DNA of 64,000 nt, from the IMG/VR virus record IMGVR_UViG_3300029882_000002; one strand, written 5' to 3'. The position numbers and the translations under genes were made by a program. Source of the stretch: a virus. Positions within the stretch are counted from its first letter, which is position 1. The number at the start of each line of letters is the position of its first letter. Below, piece by piece: positions 9,800-18,870 of the stretch. The notes below the pieces were generated by a model, which saw only the letters and a list, made by a program, of their open reading frames with translations, was not told the origin of the DNA and did not search any database.

Positions 9800-10174
9800 A
9801 TGACTTCCTATATCCGGCTGTACTTGGTTCCCACACAACCGACAGCTACTCAGCAAGTGATAGACGTAGATTCAACCCTATTGGTCTTGTCCCAAGGTCA
9901 GTTTTTACCTGTTCAAAGTGCACCTACTTTGACTCTAGTAGGGACACCTACCAGTTCTAGTTTTGATCCGTTCACCAGTGCGCAACTAGCTTTAACAATT
10001 AGTACGGAGCAGACTCAAGAAATAAAAGTATGTTGGCGAGAACCTGTAGGCACCGATCAGTTTCCTAATGAAGATGTGATCACAGAAGTTGACCCGAGTG
10101 GTGGAACCTGTGTTTGCGGCATAACCTGCAACGGCACTGACTTGGCCTATGTTATGGTCCAAAACGTAGCCTAA
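9800..10174 (+). CDS. hypothetical protein
   Basis: 124-aa ORF, ATG preceded by GGAG. Confidence 0.6.
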   Translation: MTSYIRLYLVPTQPTATQQVIDVDSTLLVLSQGQFLPVQSAPTLTLVGTPTSSSFDPFTSAQLALTISTEQTQEIKVCWREPVGTDQFPNEDVITEVDPSGGTCVCGITCNGTDLAYVMVQNVA

Positions 10175-10192
10175 ATTTAAAAGGATTTTCAA

Positions 10193-11035
10193 ATGTCGAG
10201 TAATCAATATGGGCTTCCCTTGGCTAAGCCTATTACCCAGTCAATACTTCCCATCGTTATGCCTGATGGTCGGCTTTACGGGTTTTATCCAATTAGCGAG
10301 CACACATTCACAGGTACTGAAACTTCATTTGCACTAAGTCAAGGCTCGGTTCCTATCACCACTGTAACGTTGGCACCAAAAGTTTATACCAATGTTTATG
10401 ATGAACAGCGTGTTGAACAATACATGGCAGCTCAATGGCCGTCCAATACTGAAGGTGTGTTCCCTTGGCGCGGTTACGAAGAACTGGTAACCGTTGACCA
10501 GCCACAGAATATTGGGACTTATAGCTGGTGGTCAATGCCTGTCAATCACATCATGAAGCACTTCGGGCGCGGTATCCTGTGGAACGCCTTAATGTTCAAC
10601 ATGAATCAAACACCGTTTGTGCCTACACCTCCGGAGCCGCCTGTCGTGACTACACCCCAAGTTCTCCAATGGGCGACGTCCCTTAATCAACAGGCTTTTA
10701 GTCAAGACTGTGCGTTTATCGACTTTAACTGGGTGAATCTGTTTCAAGCCGTGATTGTGAGCGATCCAAGCCAAGAAGGTAACGGCGTGGTGCCCATGTC
10801 TATCTCGACGGTTAGCAACCCCACTGGCGGCTATTTTAAGGCCTCTGTGGTGACCGGGGCGACCGTAGGTCAAACTATTTATCCGGGTGGTGGCGCGGTC
10901 TTTAATACCGTGCGTATTTTGCGCCTTCAAGATCCACCGGCTGGCACCTACACGTTCAACTTCAACATCACGTACACGTTGAACGGCAGCAACACAATGA
11001 ACGTGCCAGCAGTCTTGACCTTAACTGTTGTGTAA
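10193..11035 (+). CDS. hypothetical protein
   Basis: 280-aa ORF, ATG preceded by AAGGA. The C-terminal part is beta-rich. Confidence 0.65.
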   Translation: MSSNQYGLPLAKPITQSILPIVMPDGRLYGFYPISEHTFTGTETSFALSQGSVPITTVTLAPKVYTNVYDEQRVEQYMAAQWPSNTEGVFPWRGYEELVTVDQPQNIGTYSWWSMPVNHIMKHFGRGILWNALMFNMNQTPFVPTPPEPPVVTTPQVLQWATSLNQQAFSQDCAFIDFNWVNLFQAVIVSDPSQEGNGVVPMSISTVSNPTGGYFKASVVTGATVGQTIYPGGGAVFNTVRILRLQDPPAGTYTFNFNITYTLNGSNTMNVPAVLTLTVV

Positions 11036-11077
11036 CTAGTAAATAGACTATAACGAAAACAACAAAGCCCCTTCCCG

Positions 11078-12148
11078 ATGAACGCAACTATAGATTCAGA
11101 TCTGATTCAAGAAGCACTGAGGGTAGCTCTACGTTTGAGTCCTCCAAGCTCAGGTAACGTAACCCTAAATTCGGATGGCACCAAACTATTTCTAATCTCT
11201 AGTGCTGAACTCAGCCGGTGCCGAGTTCTAGTTCCATGCGTCCTTGAGGGTGAAGCCTTATTCGCGATTCCAACAGCCGCGATTCAAGCTTCGGTCAAGG
11301 GCCGCAAGGAACTGTCAATTGTCTACGACAAGACTGTGCTCAATATAAAAAGTGGGCGATACAAAGCACAGTTGGCAACCGTAGACGCCATTCAAATGGA
11401 CGAGGGTGACGAGAAAGCAGCCGACATTAAGACGTGGGTCATTACAGCGGAACAGCTTGAATGGTTAAGAACTGCTGTTGCTGCTGTAGCATTAAAGCCA
11501 ACGGCTAATGTCACGGCATTCATGCCGGTCTCCATCAAGTTGGGCCCCAAATATGCGTTTGTTGCGTGCTACGATGAACAACACATGGCATTTGCTTTTG
11601 ATCGATCAATGAAAGGTGACTTGGAAGTTACTATTCCATTGGATACGTTGACCGCTGTCTTAGACACATTCAAGAACCTAAGTTGTAAACTGCAGGTCAC
11701 GCCATCGGCCCTCCACGTTCGAAATAAATTGGTTAGCGTCCAACTAGCACTTCCGTCTATGGAAGATCAGAAGATCAACGGGTCTGATGTATTAGAGAAG
11801 TCAAAAGAAGTACTCAAGGTTGATGGACAGTCCATTATATTCGTCAAGAAAGACGTTTTGATATTCTTGGATAATGCCAGAGCCGTTGCAGAAAAAAGTC
11901 GAATGGAACTTAAGGTTAGTACCGAAGTTGGAAAACTAGGACTATCCGTTACAACAGGTCAGGGGCGCGCACAGGCTACGATCAAGGCTAACACAAAGGC
12001 AGAAACCAGTTTCAAAGTAGACTTTGAATTCTTCGAGGAAGCGGTCCGCAAGTGCACGGATGATATCCAGATGAAGGTAGTAGGTTCAGACTTTCTTTCG
12101 TTTGTGGGCAAGAACGCTACCATCCTTGTAGCCTTAAACGAGGACTAA
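11078..12148 (+). CDS. putative DNA sliding clamp (DnaN-like)
   Basis: 356 aa (beta-clamp size). N-terminal pattern FLISSAELSRCRV ... FAIPTAAIQASVKG ... LNIKSGRYKAQLATVD resembles DnaN domain I. Sits in the same module as the clamp loader. Similarity judged by eye only. Confidence 0.45.
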   Translation: MNATIDSDLIQEALRVALRLSPPSSGNVTLNSDGTKLFLISSAELSRCRVLVPCVLEGEALFAIPTAAIQASVKGRKELSIVYDKTVLNIKSGRYKAQLATVDAIQMDEGDEKAADIKTWVITAEQLEWLRTAVAAVALKPTANVTAFMPVSIKLGPKYAFVACYDEQHMAFAFDRSMKGDLEVTIPLDTLTAVLDTFKNLSCKLQVTPSALHVRNKLVSVQLALPSMEDQKINGSDVLEKSKEVLKVDGQSIIFVKKDVLIFLDNARAVAEKSRMELKVSTEVGKLGLSVTTGQGRAQATIKANTKAETSFKVDFEFFEEAVRKCTDDIQMKVVGSDFLSFVGKNATILVALNED

Positions 12149-12153
12149 TTGAC

Positions 12154-12567
12154 ATGGCGCGAACTAAAGTTAAGGACGAAGAACCGACAGTCCCCATCAA
12201 GATGTTGCTGGATGTTGAGCCTGGGCTTTTCTACGAAGTTGGGGATGCCCATCTAACGTTCTTCAGAGAAGAGAAGGCAACTACATTTTGGTTGGGTCCT
12301 AAAATTCCATTAGCCTGTATGTTCGAGGCCCATTGGATTGTTCTGGACGGTGAACGAGTGGGTTTGCACTTTGTTACCCAGTTCCAGGTAACCAATGGTG
12401 GAGGCTATCTTTTAGGATACCTGAATAAAGGACGAGGAAAGGCCTCCAAAGTAGAAGTGCTCTTGAAGTCTAAGAACATCGTCATCTACTCGTTTCCCAA
12501 TAGAGGGGCGCTAATTATTGCCTGCAAGATTGGGCCTGATGTACTTACAATCTTCGAAGAGCAGTAA
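12154..12567 (+). CDS. hypothetical protein
   Basis: 137-aa ORF, GAGGA RBS. Confidence 0.6.
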   Translation: MARTKVKDEEPTVPIKMLLDVEPGLFYEVGDAHLTFFREEKATTFWLGPKIPLACMFEAHWIVLDGERVGLHFVTQFQVTNGGGYLLGYLNKGRGKASKVEVLLKSKNIVIYSFPNRGALIIACKIGPDVLTIFEEQ

Positions 12568-12586
12568 TTCTAAACTGGAATTAATA

Positions 12587-13135
12587 ATGGCTAAGACCGA
12601 AGAATTCGATCTGCAAGACTTACTAGCTGAAATTCGTAACGATCCAAGTTTTACCAAGTTCAAGCGTGTGGTCAGAATTACAGGCACGCGCCTGAACCTA
12701 GAAAAAGATAGAGAAGAAGCACTAGCTAGTCATGCAGCACGGACCAGCAGAACATTACACGGTTCAAAACGATATTCCCCAAAAGACTTGATTGATGCAA
12801 CGCTTACTGATGGACGGACACGTAGTCGATTAGTAGAAATCAGGGTGAAGGCCTCAAATCATATTGAGCTTTTAGAAGATGCCTGTGATGCAATCAAACA
12901 TCATTTGTTCACCGAGTACCACGAACAGTTAAAAGCGTTTTCTACTGTTGATCAACGATCAGCTCTAGTCAAAAGAGTCCAACGAGTAGCCCTAAACATG
13001 GTGGCTGAAGGTCGGACCCTGCTCGATCTATTGGACCAGATCATCAAGGACATCGACCAGAACGGACATAGCTTACGTAATTCTATGGAGCTTTTAAAGT
13101 TGCTCGACGGGGCTAAGAGTGGAGTCGTTATATGA
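12587..13135 (+). CDS. hypothetical protein
   Basis: ORF 12518..13135 trimmed to ATG 12587 (MAKTEEF...), which avoids overlap with the upstream gene. Helical, charged protein. Confidence 0.6.
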   Translation: MAKTEEFDLQDLLAEIRNDPSFTKFKRVVRITGTRLNLEKDREEALASHAARTSRTLHGSKRYSPKDLIDATLTDGRTRSRLVEIRVKASNHIELLEDACDAIKHHLFTEYHEQLKAFSTVDQRSALVKRVQRVALNMVAEGRTLLDLLDQIIKDIDQNGHSLRNSMELLKLLDGAKSGVVI

Positions 13136-13608
13136 CAACAGAAACGATAAGAGTTCCTGATCTACGAAACTTCTTCAATGACATGGGGTATCTAGGAATT
13201 AGTCAGGAAGTTTCTAGTTTGTGGACCTATTATGAACGGGCAGTAAACGACGTAACTTATCAAGAATTGCGATTGGTGGGTAACTCTGTAATTATCCAAC
13301 AGGCGTCCGATCAATTTGGACTATCCGTTCTAGCCTTACAAACAAATGAGTTACGAGTCTACGAGCATGCAGCATTTATGCTGGCTCAGGCCCTACCCTA
13401 TTTCGTGCGTGGCTCCTCTGTTCTGCACCTTCATTTTCTAGGCACCGGTTACCAAGCATTTATAGGATTGGACCTGAGTCTATTAGGCCTGCAAGCAGAA
13501 TTGATAAAGTTGGAAGGATCGTTAGAACTAGTAAATAGACATGGAGTACCCTACGACAAAGAAATATCCAAAGTCACAGGTGCTCTAGTTAAGGTAAAAG
13601 GAAAATAA
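13132..13608 (+). CDS. hypothetical protein
   Basis: 158-aa ORF, ATGA overlap with the upstream gene. Confidence 0.6.
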   Translation: MTTETIRVPDLRNFFNDMGYLGISQEVSSLWTYYERAVNDVTYQELRLVGNSVIIQQASDQFGLSVLALQTNELRVYEHAAFMLAQALPYFVRGSSVLHLHFLGTGYQAFIGLDLSLLGLQAELIKLEGSLELVNRHGVPYDKEISKVTGALVKVKGK

Positions 13609-13609
13609 A

Positions 13610-14104
13610 ATGAACAATAATTATTTGGTAGCTACAGCACCTTCATTGTCATCAGCTACGGTTGATGCCTCGGGATCTCGCCATTTCGTTTTGATAGACC
13701 TGGGTGAGTTAGGTCCCTGGTCCCTTGCTTCTTTAGCTGTCAATCAAAAATTGAATATCCGGACCTTGTCACTAAACCCTAAATACGACTATTCAACTGA
13801 TATTTCCGCAGACGAAGGTTCAGCTATCGTTAAATTTCTCGTGTCTATGGTTGCTCAATTCGGTAAAGCCCCGTTGATTATTACCGGCAGTCCGGCCGTG
13901 ACCCTAGCCTTGGCACTAACTGTGCAGTATGCAACAAACAACCCAGACTTGAAGAACCTGAACATCGTATTAACGGCCGAAGTCGATCCTCAGTCCCAGT
14001 CAAATGTGGCGGTCAACCGTGTATCCTTGAGTAATAGTGAAATATCTGGAATATCTGCTTTGGGGTCGCCCACGAGTTTAAATCTAGCTTTCACCAGCGT
14101 TTGA
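13610..14104 (+). CDS. hypothetical protein
   Basis: 164-aa ORF, AAAGGAAA RBS. Confidence 0.6.
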   Translation: MNNNYLVATAPSLSSATVDASGSRHFVLIDLGELGPWSLASLAVNQKLNIRTLSLNPKYDYSTDISADEGSAIVKFLVSMVAQFGKAPLIITGSPAVTLALALTVQYATNNPDLKNLNIVLTAEVDPQSQSNVAVNRVSLSNSEISGISALGSPTSLNLAFTSV

Positions 14105-14110
14105 TGTGAT

Positions 14111-15646
14111 ATGACAGGCACTATCACCATCCATGCACGAGAGGCATTCTTCATCAAGAAACAGGATATTAGTCCTAAAATAAGATCAACGTTGATCGAC
14201 AAATATCGTCACATGTTTTATGAGGTTAAAGCCTGCAAAAAATGCGAGTTCTATGAAGAAAGATTGGCTGACGAGAAACAGCATCTTGAGGTCTGTGACA
14301 ATTGTGCAGCTTTCAAGGGTGGCGCGGAACTGGCAACAGAAGTTAAGGTAGGTAAGAATTCGTATATCCGAACACCTCTGGGCAATCCTGGGCCTTTAAA
14401 ATCGGTGCTGGACCATCAAGAAATTAAGTACAAGTTCAAGTCCCATTTTCCGGATAAAAAGTTTAGTACCCCTATTAAGTTCACTGGGACTTTGAGAGAC
14501 TATCAACCAGAGGCCGTTGAGGCCATGGTTAAAAAGAAGCGAGGCGTAGTAAAATCCAGGGCGCGTACAGGGAAGACGGTAATGAGTTGTGCCGCCATTT
14601 GTAGAATTGGCAAAAAAACAATTATCATGGCGTCTCAACGTGAATGGCTTTTAGGTTTTCAAGAAACATTCATCGGGTCAAAAACACAGAAAGCCTTAAC
14701 TGACTGCAACCCCGATAAGATAGGTTTTGCACGCAAGATCGAGGACTTCAAAAAATACGACGTTTGTTTGGTAACGGTTCAGACTTTCTACAGTGAAGGT
14801 GGACAGCGCTTGCTAAGAAAGATTCGTGACATGTTTTCAGTTTTAGTCTGTGACGAGGTACACACAGCAGCTGCCTCCAAATATGCCTCAGTTATTTCCA
14901 AACTTAATTGTGGCTGGAAGATAGGTCTTTCTGCGACACCCTCAAGGAAAGATTTTAAATTTTCGTTGGTACGTGATTTGATGGGGCCAAATATCGCCGA
15001 CCTTAAGGTTGCGCGGTTAAGGCCCCATGTTCGTTTGATACGTACCGAATATGTGAAGAAAGGGAAGGGACAACAATTGTGGCCTTATATTGTTGGATCC
15101 TTAGAAAAAGATCCGAAACGTTTAAAGCTTATTGCCAAATGGGCCTTGCAGGACGTCAAGAACGGGCACATGGTACTCATACCTTTTGCCCAAGTAGCGC
15201 CCATTAAAGCCCTCGTAGCGGCTATCAACACGATGGCTGGTAAGACCGTGGCCTACCCATTCTATGGGGGCCTTAAAAAGGCGGATAGGGATAAGTACAT
15301 TGAAGGTGCGCGTCGGTACACTCACAAAATATTGGTGGGTAACATCAAACTCCTGTCCACCGGTACCAACATTCCCAGGGCCAGTTGTTTGTATGAGTCT
15401 ACACTTTCTAGTAATATGGAAAATGCTGAACAGCGGGTGTCTCGTATTCTCACACCTATGGACGGCAAGATCACACCTATTCTCCGTATCTTTTTGGATG
15501 ATGCTCATGTTAGACGTGCGTGCTTAAGGACCGAATGGTTTGGGTGTATCAAGCCCATGTTCAAGCCCGTCATTTCAGAAAAAGACACAGAAATCCTGAA
15601 GGCTTATTTTGCTGACAAAGACCGGGTCCCCAAGGTGGAATGGTAG
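14111..15646 (+). CDS. superfamily-2 DEAD/DEAH-box helicase with N-terminal zinc ribbon
   Basis: Motif I ARTGKTVM, motif II VLVCDEVH, motif III LSATPSR, second RecA-like lobe (LLSTGTNIPRAS). N-terminal CKKC ... CDNC. Confidence 0.8.
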   Translation: MTGTITIHAREAFFIKKQDISPKIRSTLIDKYRHMFYEVKACKKCEFYEERLADEKQHLEVCDNCAAFKGGAELATEVKVGKNSYIRTPLGNPGPLKSVLDHQEIKYKFKSHFPDKKFSTPIKFTGTLRDYQPEAVEAMVKKKRGVVKSRARTGKTVMSCAAICRIGKKTIIMASQREWLLGFQETFIGSKTQKALTDCNPDKIGFARKIEDFKKYDVCLVTVQTFYSEGGQRLLRKIRDMFSVLVCDEVHTAAASKYASVISKLNCGWKIGLSATPSRKDFKFSLVRDLMGPNIADLKVARLRPHVRLIRTEYVKKGKGQQLWPYIVGSLEKDPKRLKLIAKWALQDVKNGHMVLIPFAQVAPIKALVAAINTMAGKTVAYPFYGGLKKADRDKYIEGARRYTHKILVGNIKLLSTGTNIPRASCLYESTLSSNMENAEQRVSRILTPMDGKITPILRIFLDDAHVRRACLRTEWFGCIKPMFKPVISEKDTEILKAYFADKDRVPKVEW

Positions 15647-15690
15647 CTTACGGCTAGTAAATAAGTATAGAACTATCAACGAGACGAACT

Positions 15691-15852
15691 ATGTTTTTTA
15701 CAACTGTCCAATCGCCTATTACGTACAACCCAACTGAGGCCTCCCTATCTTTGTTAAAAGGCCTTCATCTTCTGTACCCACATATGATGAATGAAGATCA
15801 AACTATGTTCTACGCACCTAATGGACATAGTTTGGAGGTGAGGCTTCAATGA
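15691..15852 (+). CDS. hypothetical small protein (53 aa, below the ORF-track cutoff)
   Basis: ATG at 15691. The TGA stop overlaps the ATG of the next gene (ATGA at 15849-15852). Fills an otherwise 200-nt gap. Confidence 0.4.
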   Translation: MFFTTVQSPITYNPTEASLSLLKGLHLLYPHMMNEDQTMFYAPNGHSLEVRLQ

Positions 15853-16634
15853 ACGAGATCAATGGTGGTTCGTCCAGGGCTAAGGTCCCCTATGCTAGGG
15901 GCTCTACTTACACTAGGTCCGGGTCTAAGTCAGGGTCTCCCGTCTATGATCCTAAAGACGAGGCCTCGGTAGAAGACCTTCAGAGTATCAATAAAAAAAT
16001 AGTTAAAAAACAAGAATTAGCTAAATCAGAATCCAAATCTAGTAGTACTCGTATTATGGTGAAACAAGGAATAGCTATCAAACAGGTGGTGCCTTCATCT
16101 GTCTGGCGCTGTGCTCCATTTAAATGGGACCCCTTACCTTTTTCTGTAGAGAATGAAAAACTTAATGACAGAATTATTGAGGCCGAGGTCCAGAACCAAG
16201 GCTTATCCATGTTTCTGGACGATGTAAGAATTCCCATTGTTTATGGTGTGTCAGGCAACCCCGATGACGTACAGGCCCGTTATTTCGCGGCCTTCCTAGT
16301 CGACGCTCATCTACAGGCCCTAGGATCAAAAGCAAATGTAGTGTGGCATACCTTGTACGGTGGATTTGACAATCCGTTACTCAAGTCCCACACGGATAAC
16401 GATTTAATAGAAAAACCCTCATTATTGGTTCTCACCAATTTGAGCCCCGCTAGTACAGGGGTGAAACTGGATAAGGCTAAAGATCTGCTGGAGAAGTTTC
16501 AAGACATTCCACGTATAGTGGTCATGGCCGGTGAAGACCCTTTGTCATTCCTGTCCTGCAGACTATACAGTGAAGTAAATGCTTTAGCCTATTTCTGTCA
16601 AAGCTTGGTCAAACGAAAAATGGATATTATATGA
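15849..16634 (+). CDS. hypothetical protein
   Basis: 261-aa ORF, GGAGGTGAGG RBS. Confidence 0.65.
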   Translation: MNEINGGSSRAKVPYARGSTYTRSGSKSGSPVYDPKDEASVEDLQSINKKIVKKQELAKSESKSSSTRIMVKQGIAIKQVVPSSVWRCAPFKWDPLPFSVENEKLNDRIIEAEVQNQGLSMFLDDVRIPIVYGVSGNPDDVQARYFAAFLVDAHLQALGSKANVVWHTLYGGFDNPLLKSHTDNDLIEKPSLLVLTNLSPASTGVKLDKAKDLLEKFQDIPRIVVMAGEDPLSFLSCRLYSEVNALAYFCQSLVKRKMDII

Positions 16635-16975
16635 AGGACCCTCAAGTTGTTATTCAGTTATCAACGTTTTCGTTAGCTAAGACTTGGAGACCAGGAGTCC
16701 GTAAGTCAAAACCTATTGCTACTCTGACCGGCGTTATTCATAACGGTGGCGGGTTTAACTGCAAATTCAGTTTCAACTTTGGACATAGATCACAATTGGT
16801 GTTTGAGGACGCTCGTATATTTGATGGTTCCGAGCCTAAGACACTAGCTTTGTTAGTAAAGAATCGATTACTGGATTGGGCAAAGGCAACTGATTCCATA
16901 CCTGAAGAACTAAGATCCGAGCTGGTTCAAAGCATATTGAAACATGATCAAGGTCAAGGTCACGGCTCGTCATGA
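16631..16975 (+). CDS. hypothetical protein
   Basis: 114-aa ORF, ATGA coupling. Confidence 0.6.
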   Translation: MKDPQVVIQLSTFSLAKTWRPGVRKSKPIATLTGVIHNGGGFNCKFSFNFGHRSQLVFEDARIFDGSEPKTLALLVKNRLLDWAKATDSIPEELRSELVQSILKHDQGQGHGSS

Positions 16976-17178
16976 AATGGTCAACCAATGAAAAAGTTGA
17001 TAAAACGTTGCAGGACTATGCTCAAAGAGTTATTGATACTGAGGACGACAAAGAAAGATTTGCTGTAGCCCTAGGTTATATTGGTGCGGCCTGTACTTTG
17101 TACAGAGGAGAGCCATTGTTGAATAATTATATTTGTATATTAGCCCAATTAGCTTTATTTCCATTGGACATTAAATGA
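16972..17178 (+). CDS. hypothetical protein
   Basis: 68-aa ORF, ATGA coupling at both ends. Confidence 0.55.
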   Translation: MKWSTNEKVDKTLQDYAQRVIDTEDDKERFAVALGYIGAACTLYRGEPLLNNYICILAQLALFPLDIK

Positions 17179-17501
17179 ACAGCGATTACACCAAGTTAGT
17201 TAAAGATTTGCGGCTCCTGTATTTCACTACGGTAGTGCAAGAGCTAAATGATGAACAAACCCGTCGTTCACTAAGAATCCTGTTTCTAGAACACTGCTAC
17301 TCAAGTCCCGGAATAACTAGCGCCCAAATACAATGTGATAAATCCAATAACCCACCGTCCGTTGTTGAGGCTAAGGACTTGGCGATTCGAGTTAAAGTTC
17401 AATGGTCTGCTGGTGATCAGACAATGATTTATATGTCGGTATATAAAGTCAGCGTGTTCCACAATTTAAAAGAAGTACCAAATGGGTTGAATCCAGAATG
17501 A
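17175..17501 (+). CDS. hypothetical protein
   Basis: 108-aa ORF, ATGA coupling. Confidence 0.6.
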   Translation: MNSDYTKLVKDLRLLYFTTVVQELNDEQTRRSLRILFLEHCYSSPGITSAQIQCDKSNNPPSVVEAKDLAIRVKVQWSAGDQTMIYMSVYKVSVFHNLKEVPNGLNPE

Positions 17502-17623
17502 GAAGTAAGTTAAGGCGCAAATGCGCTATCTGTTGGTGGCTAGTCCTAGTATTTGTGGTTGTCCCAATATCGACTTATTTATATGTAGCAGCGGTCTTAA
17601 CCGAGGGTTCTCAATATGAATAG
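17498..17623 (+). CDS. hypothetical small membrane protein (41 aa)
   Basis: ATGA-coupled to the upstream stop. Basic N-terminus followed by a hydrophobic span: MRSKLRRKCAICWWLVLVFVVVPISTYLYVAAVL. Confidence 0.4.
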   Translation: MRSKLRRKCAICWWLVLVFVVVPISTYLYVAAVLTEGSQYE

Positions 17624-17789
17624 TCGACAACGTAGGGTTAACCGCCGAGCTGATCTAAGAAAACCTTATTGCTTTGTTCTTGAGCCAGAACACGATTTCT
17701 ATGAAAGACTAGTGGCTGACTATATTGAACCCGACGAACCTATAGCTAAGGACAGACCGCTATTAAAAGGCGAGTTAGGAACGATCTAG
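17616..17789 (+). CDS. hypothetical small protein (57 aa)
   Basis: ATG at 17616 overlaps the preceding small ORF by 8 nt: MNSRQRRVNRRADLRKPYCFVLEPEHDF... Confidence 0.35.
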   Translation: MNSRQRRVNRRADLRKPYCFVLEPEHDFYERLVADYIEPDEPIAKDRPLLKGELGTI

Positions 17790-17833
17790 GTTATCAGGTT
17801 ATCTATTAAACTAAATAAATATAGGTTTCAGCT

Positions 17834-18703
17834 ATGATTTATATGGGAAGTAAAGCGAGTTTCGGCAAAGAAATAATGAGGACTATGCTGTCCAGCAGAC
17901 CAGATGCTACAGTTTATGTAGAGCCATTTGCCGGTGGTATGAACATGATGAAATATGCTCCACCAACAATGAAAAGAATCGGGAATGACATTAATGAATT
18001 CCTGATTGCCATGTGGAGAGCATTGGATAAGGGCTGGACCCCACCTAAGTTCGTTAGTCGTGCACTCTAAGTAGAGTGCAAAGCTAATCACTATGCACGG
18101 TCAGCGGCCCTAACCAGCTACATTGGGTTTGGTTGTACTTTTGGTAGTGCATGGTTTAGTAGTTATTTAGACAAAGGTAAATTCAAAGACGGTAGTGTAC
18201 GTAACTATCAAGCTGAGGCCTTAAAAAGTATACTCAAACAACTTCCGGCCCTAACGGATGTTGAGTTCTTAAACAAAAGTTACTCGGATTTGGAAATACC
18301 TGACGGTGCTTTAGTATATTGTGATCCCCCCTATGAAGGAACTGCAGGTTATAAAGATGCATTTGACAACTCCAAGTTCTGGACCTGGGTTAGAAAACTT
18401 TCATTAAGATGTACTGTCTTTGTCTCTGAATATAAGGCTCCACCAGATTTTAATTGTGTTTGGAGTAAAAATAGAAAAGTGACTCTGCATAATGCTTCTA
18501 ACAAAATATCCAAACAAAGAGTAGAAAAACTATTTGTCTGGAGCGGAGCATCAATCAGAAAAGAGGAGAATGCTATTTTGATTCTGTGGACTGAACCCTT
18601 AGTTGAGACTAAAGCTTTCTTAATTGAGCCTAAGTCCGATAAGCAACGTCAGAAACTTTTATCTTTGAATAATCGATTCGTCAATGACTCAAATCTAGAT
18701 TAA
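17834..18703 (+). pseudogene. D12-class N6-adenine DNA methyltransferase (Dam-like) interrupted by a single in-frame TAA
   Basis: ORFs 17834..18070 (GSKASFGKEI ... YVEPFAGGMN, AdoMet-binding motif) and 18290..18703 (YCDPPYEGTAGY, catalytic DPPY) are in the same frame. I translated 18071-18289 and found no further stop, so TAA at 18068-18070 is the only interruption. Confidence 0.75.
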
Positions 18704-18870
18704 AAGCATCTGGTCTACCAGTTGAATGAAAGAGTTCAAGATCAAGATCCAACACTGAATAAATACAGGGTTGATTATCCCTTGGCTTTAAACCAACCAT
18801 TAACTGTTGTCCATTGTGGAATTATTGACTAGCAGTAAATAAGAGTAGAGCAACATAAAAGGATTAAGGT

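Noticed and set aside
18068-18070. In-frame TAA in the Dam gene as evidence of stop-codon recoding
   Set aside because: TAA is used as the ordinary terminator of many well-supported genes here (for example 4885-4887 and 28104-28106). No other gene in the window needs read-through.
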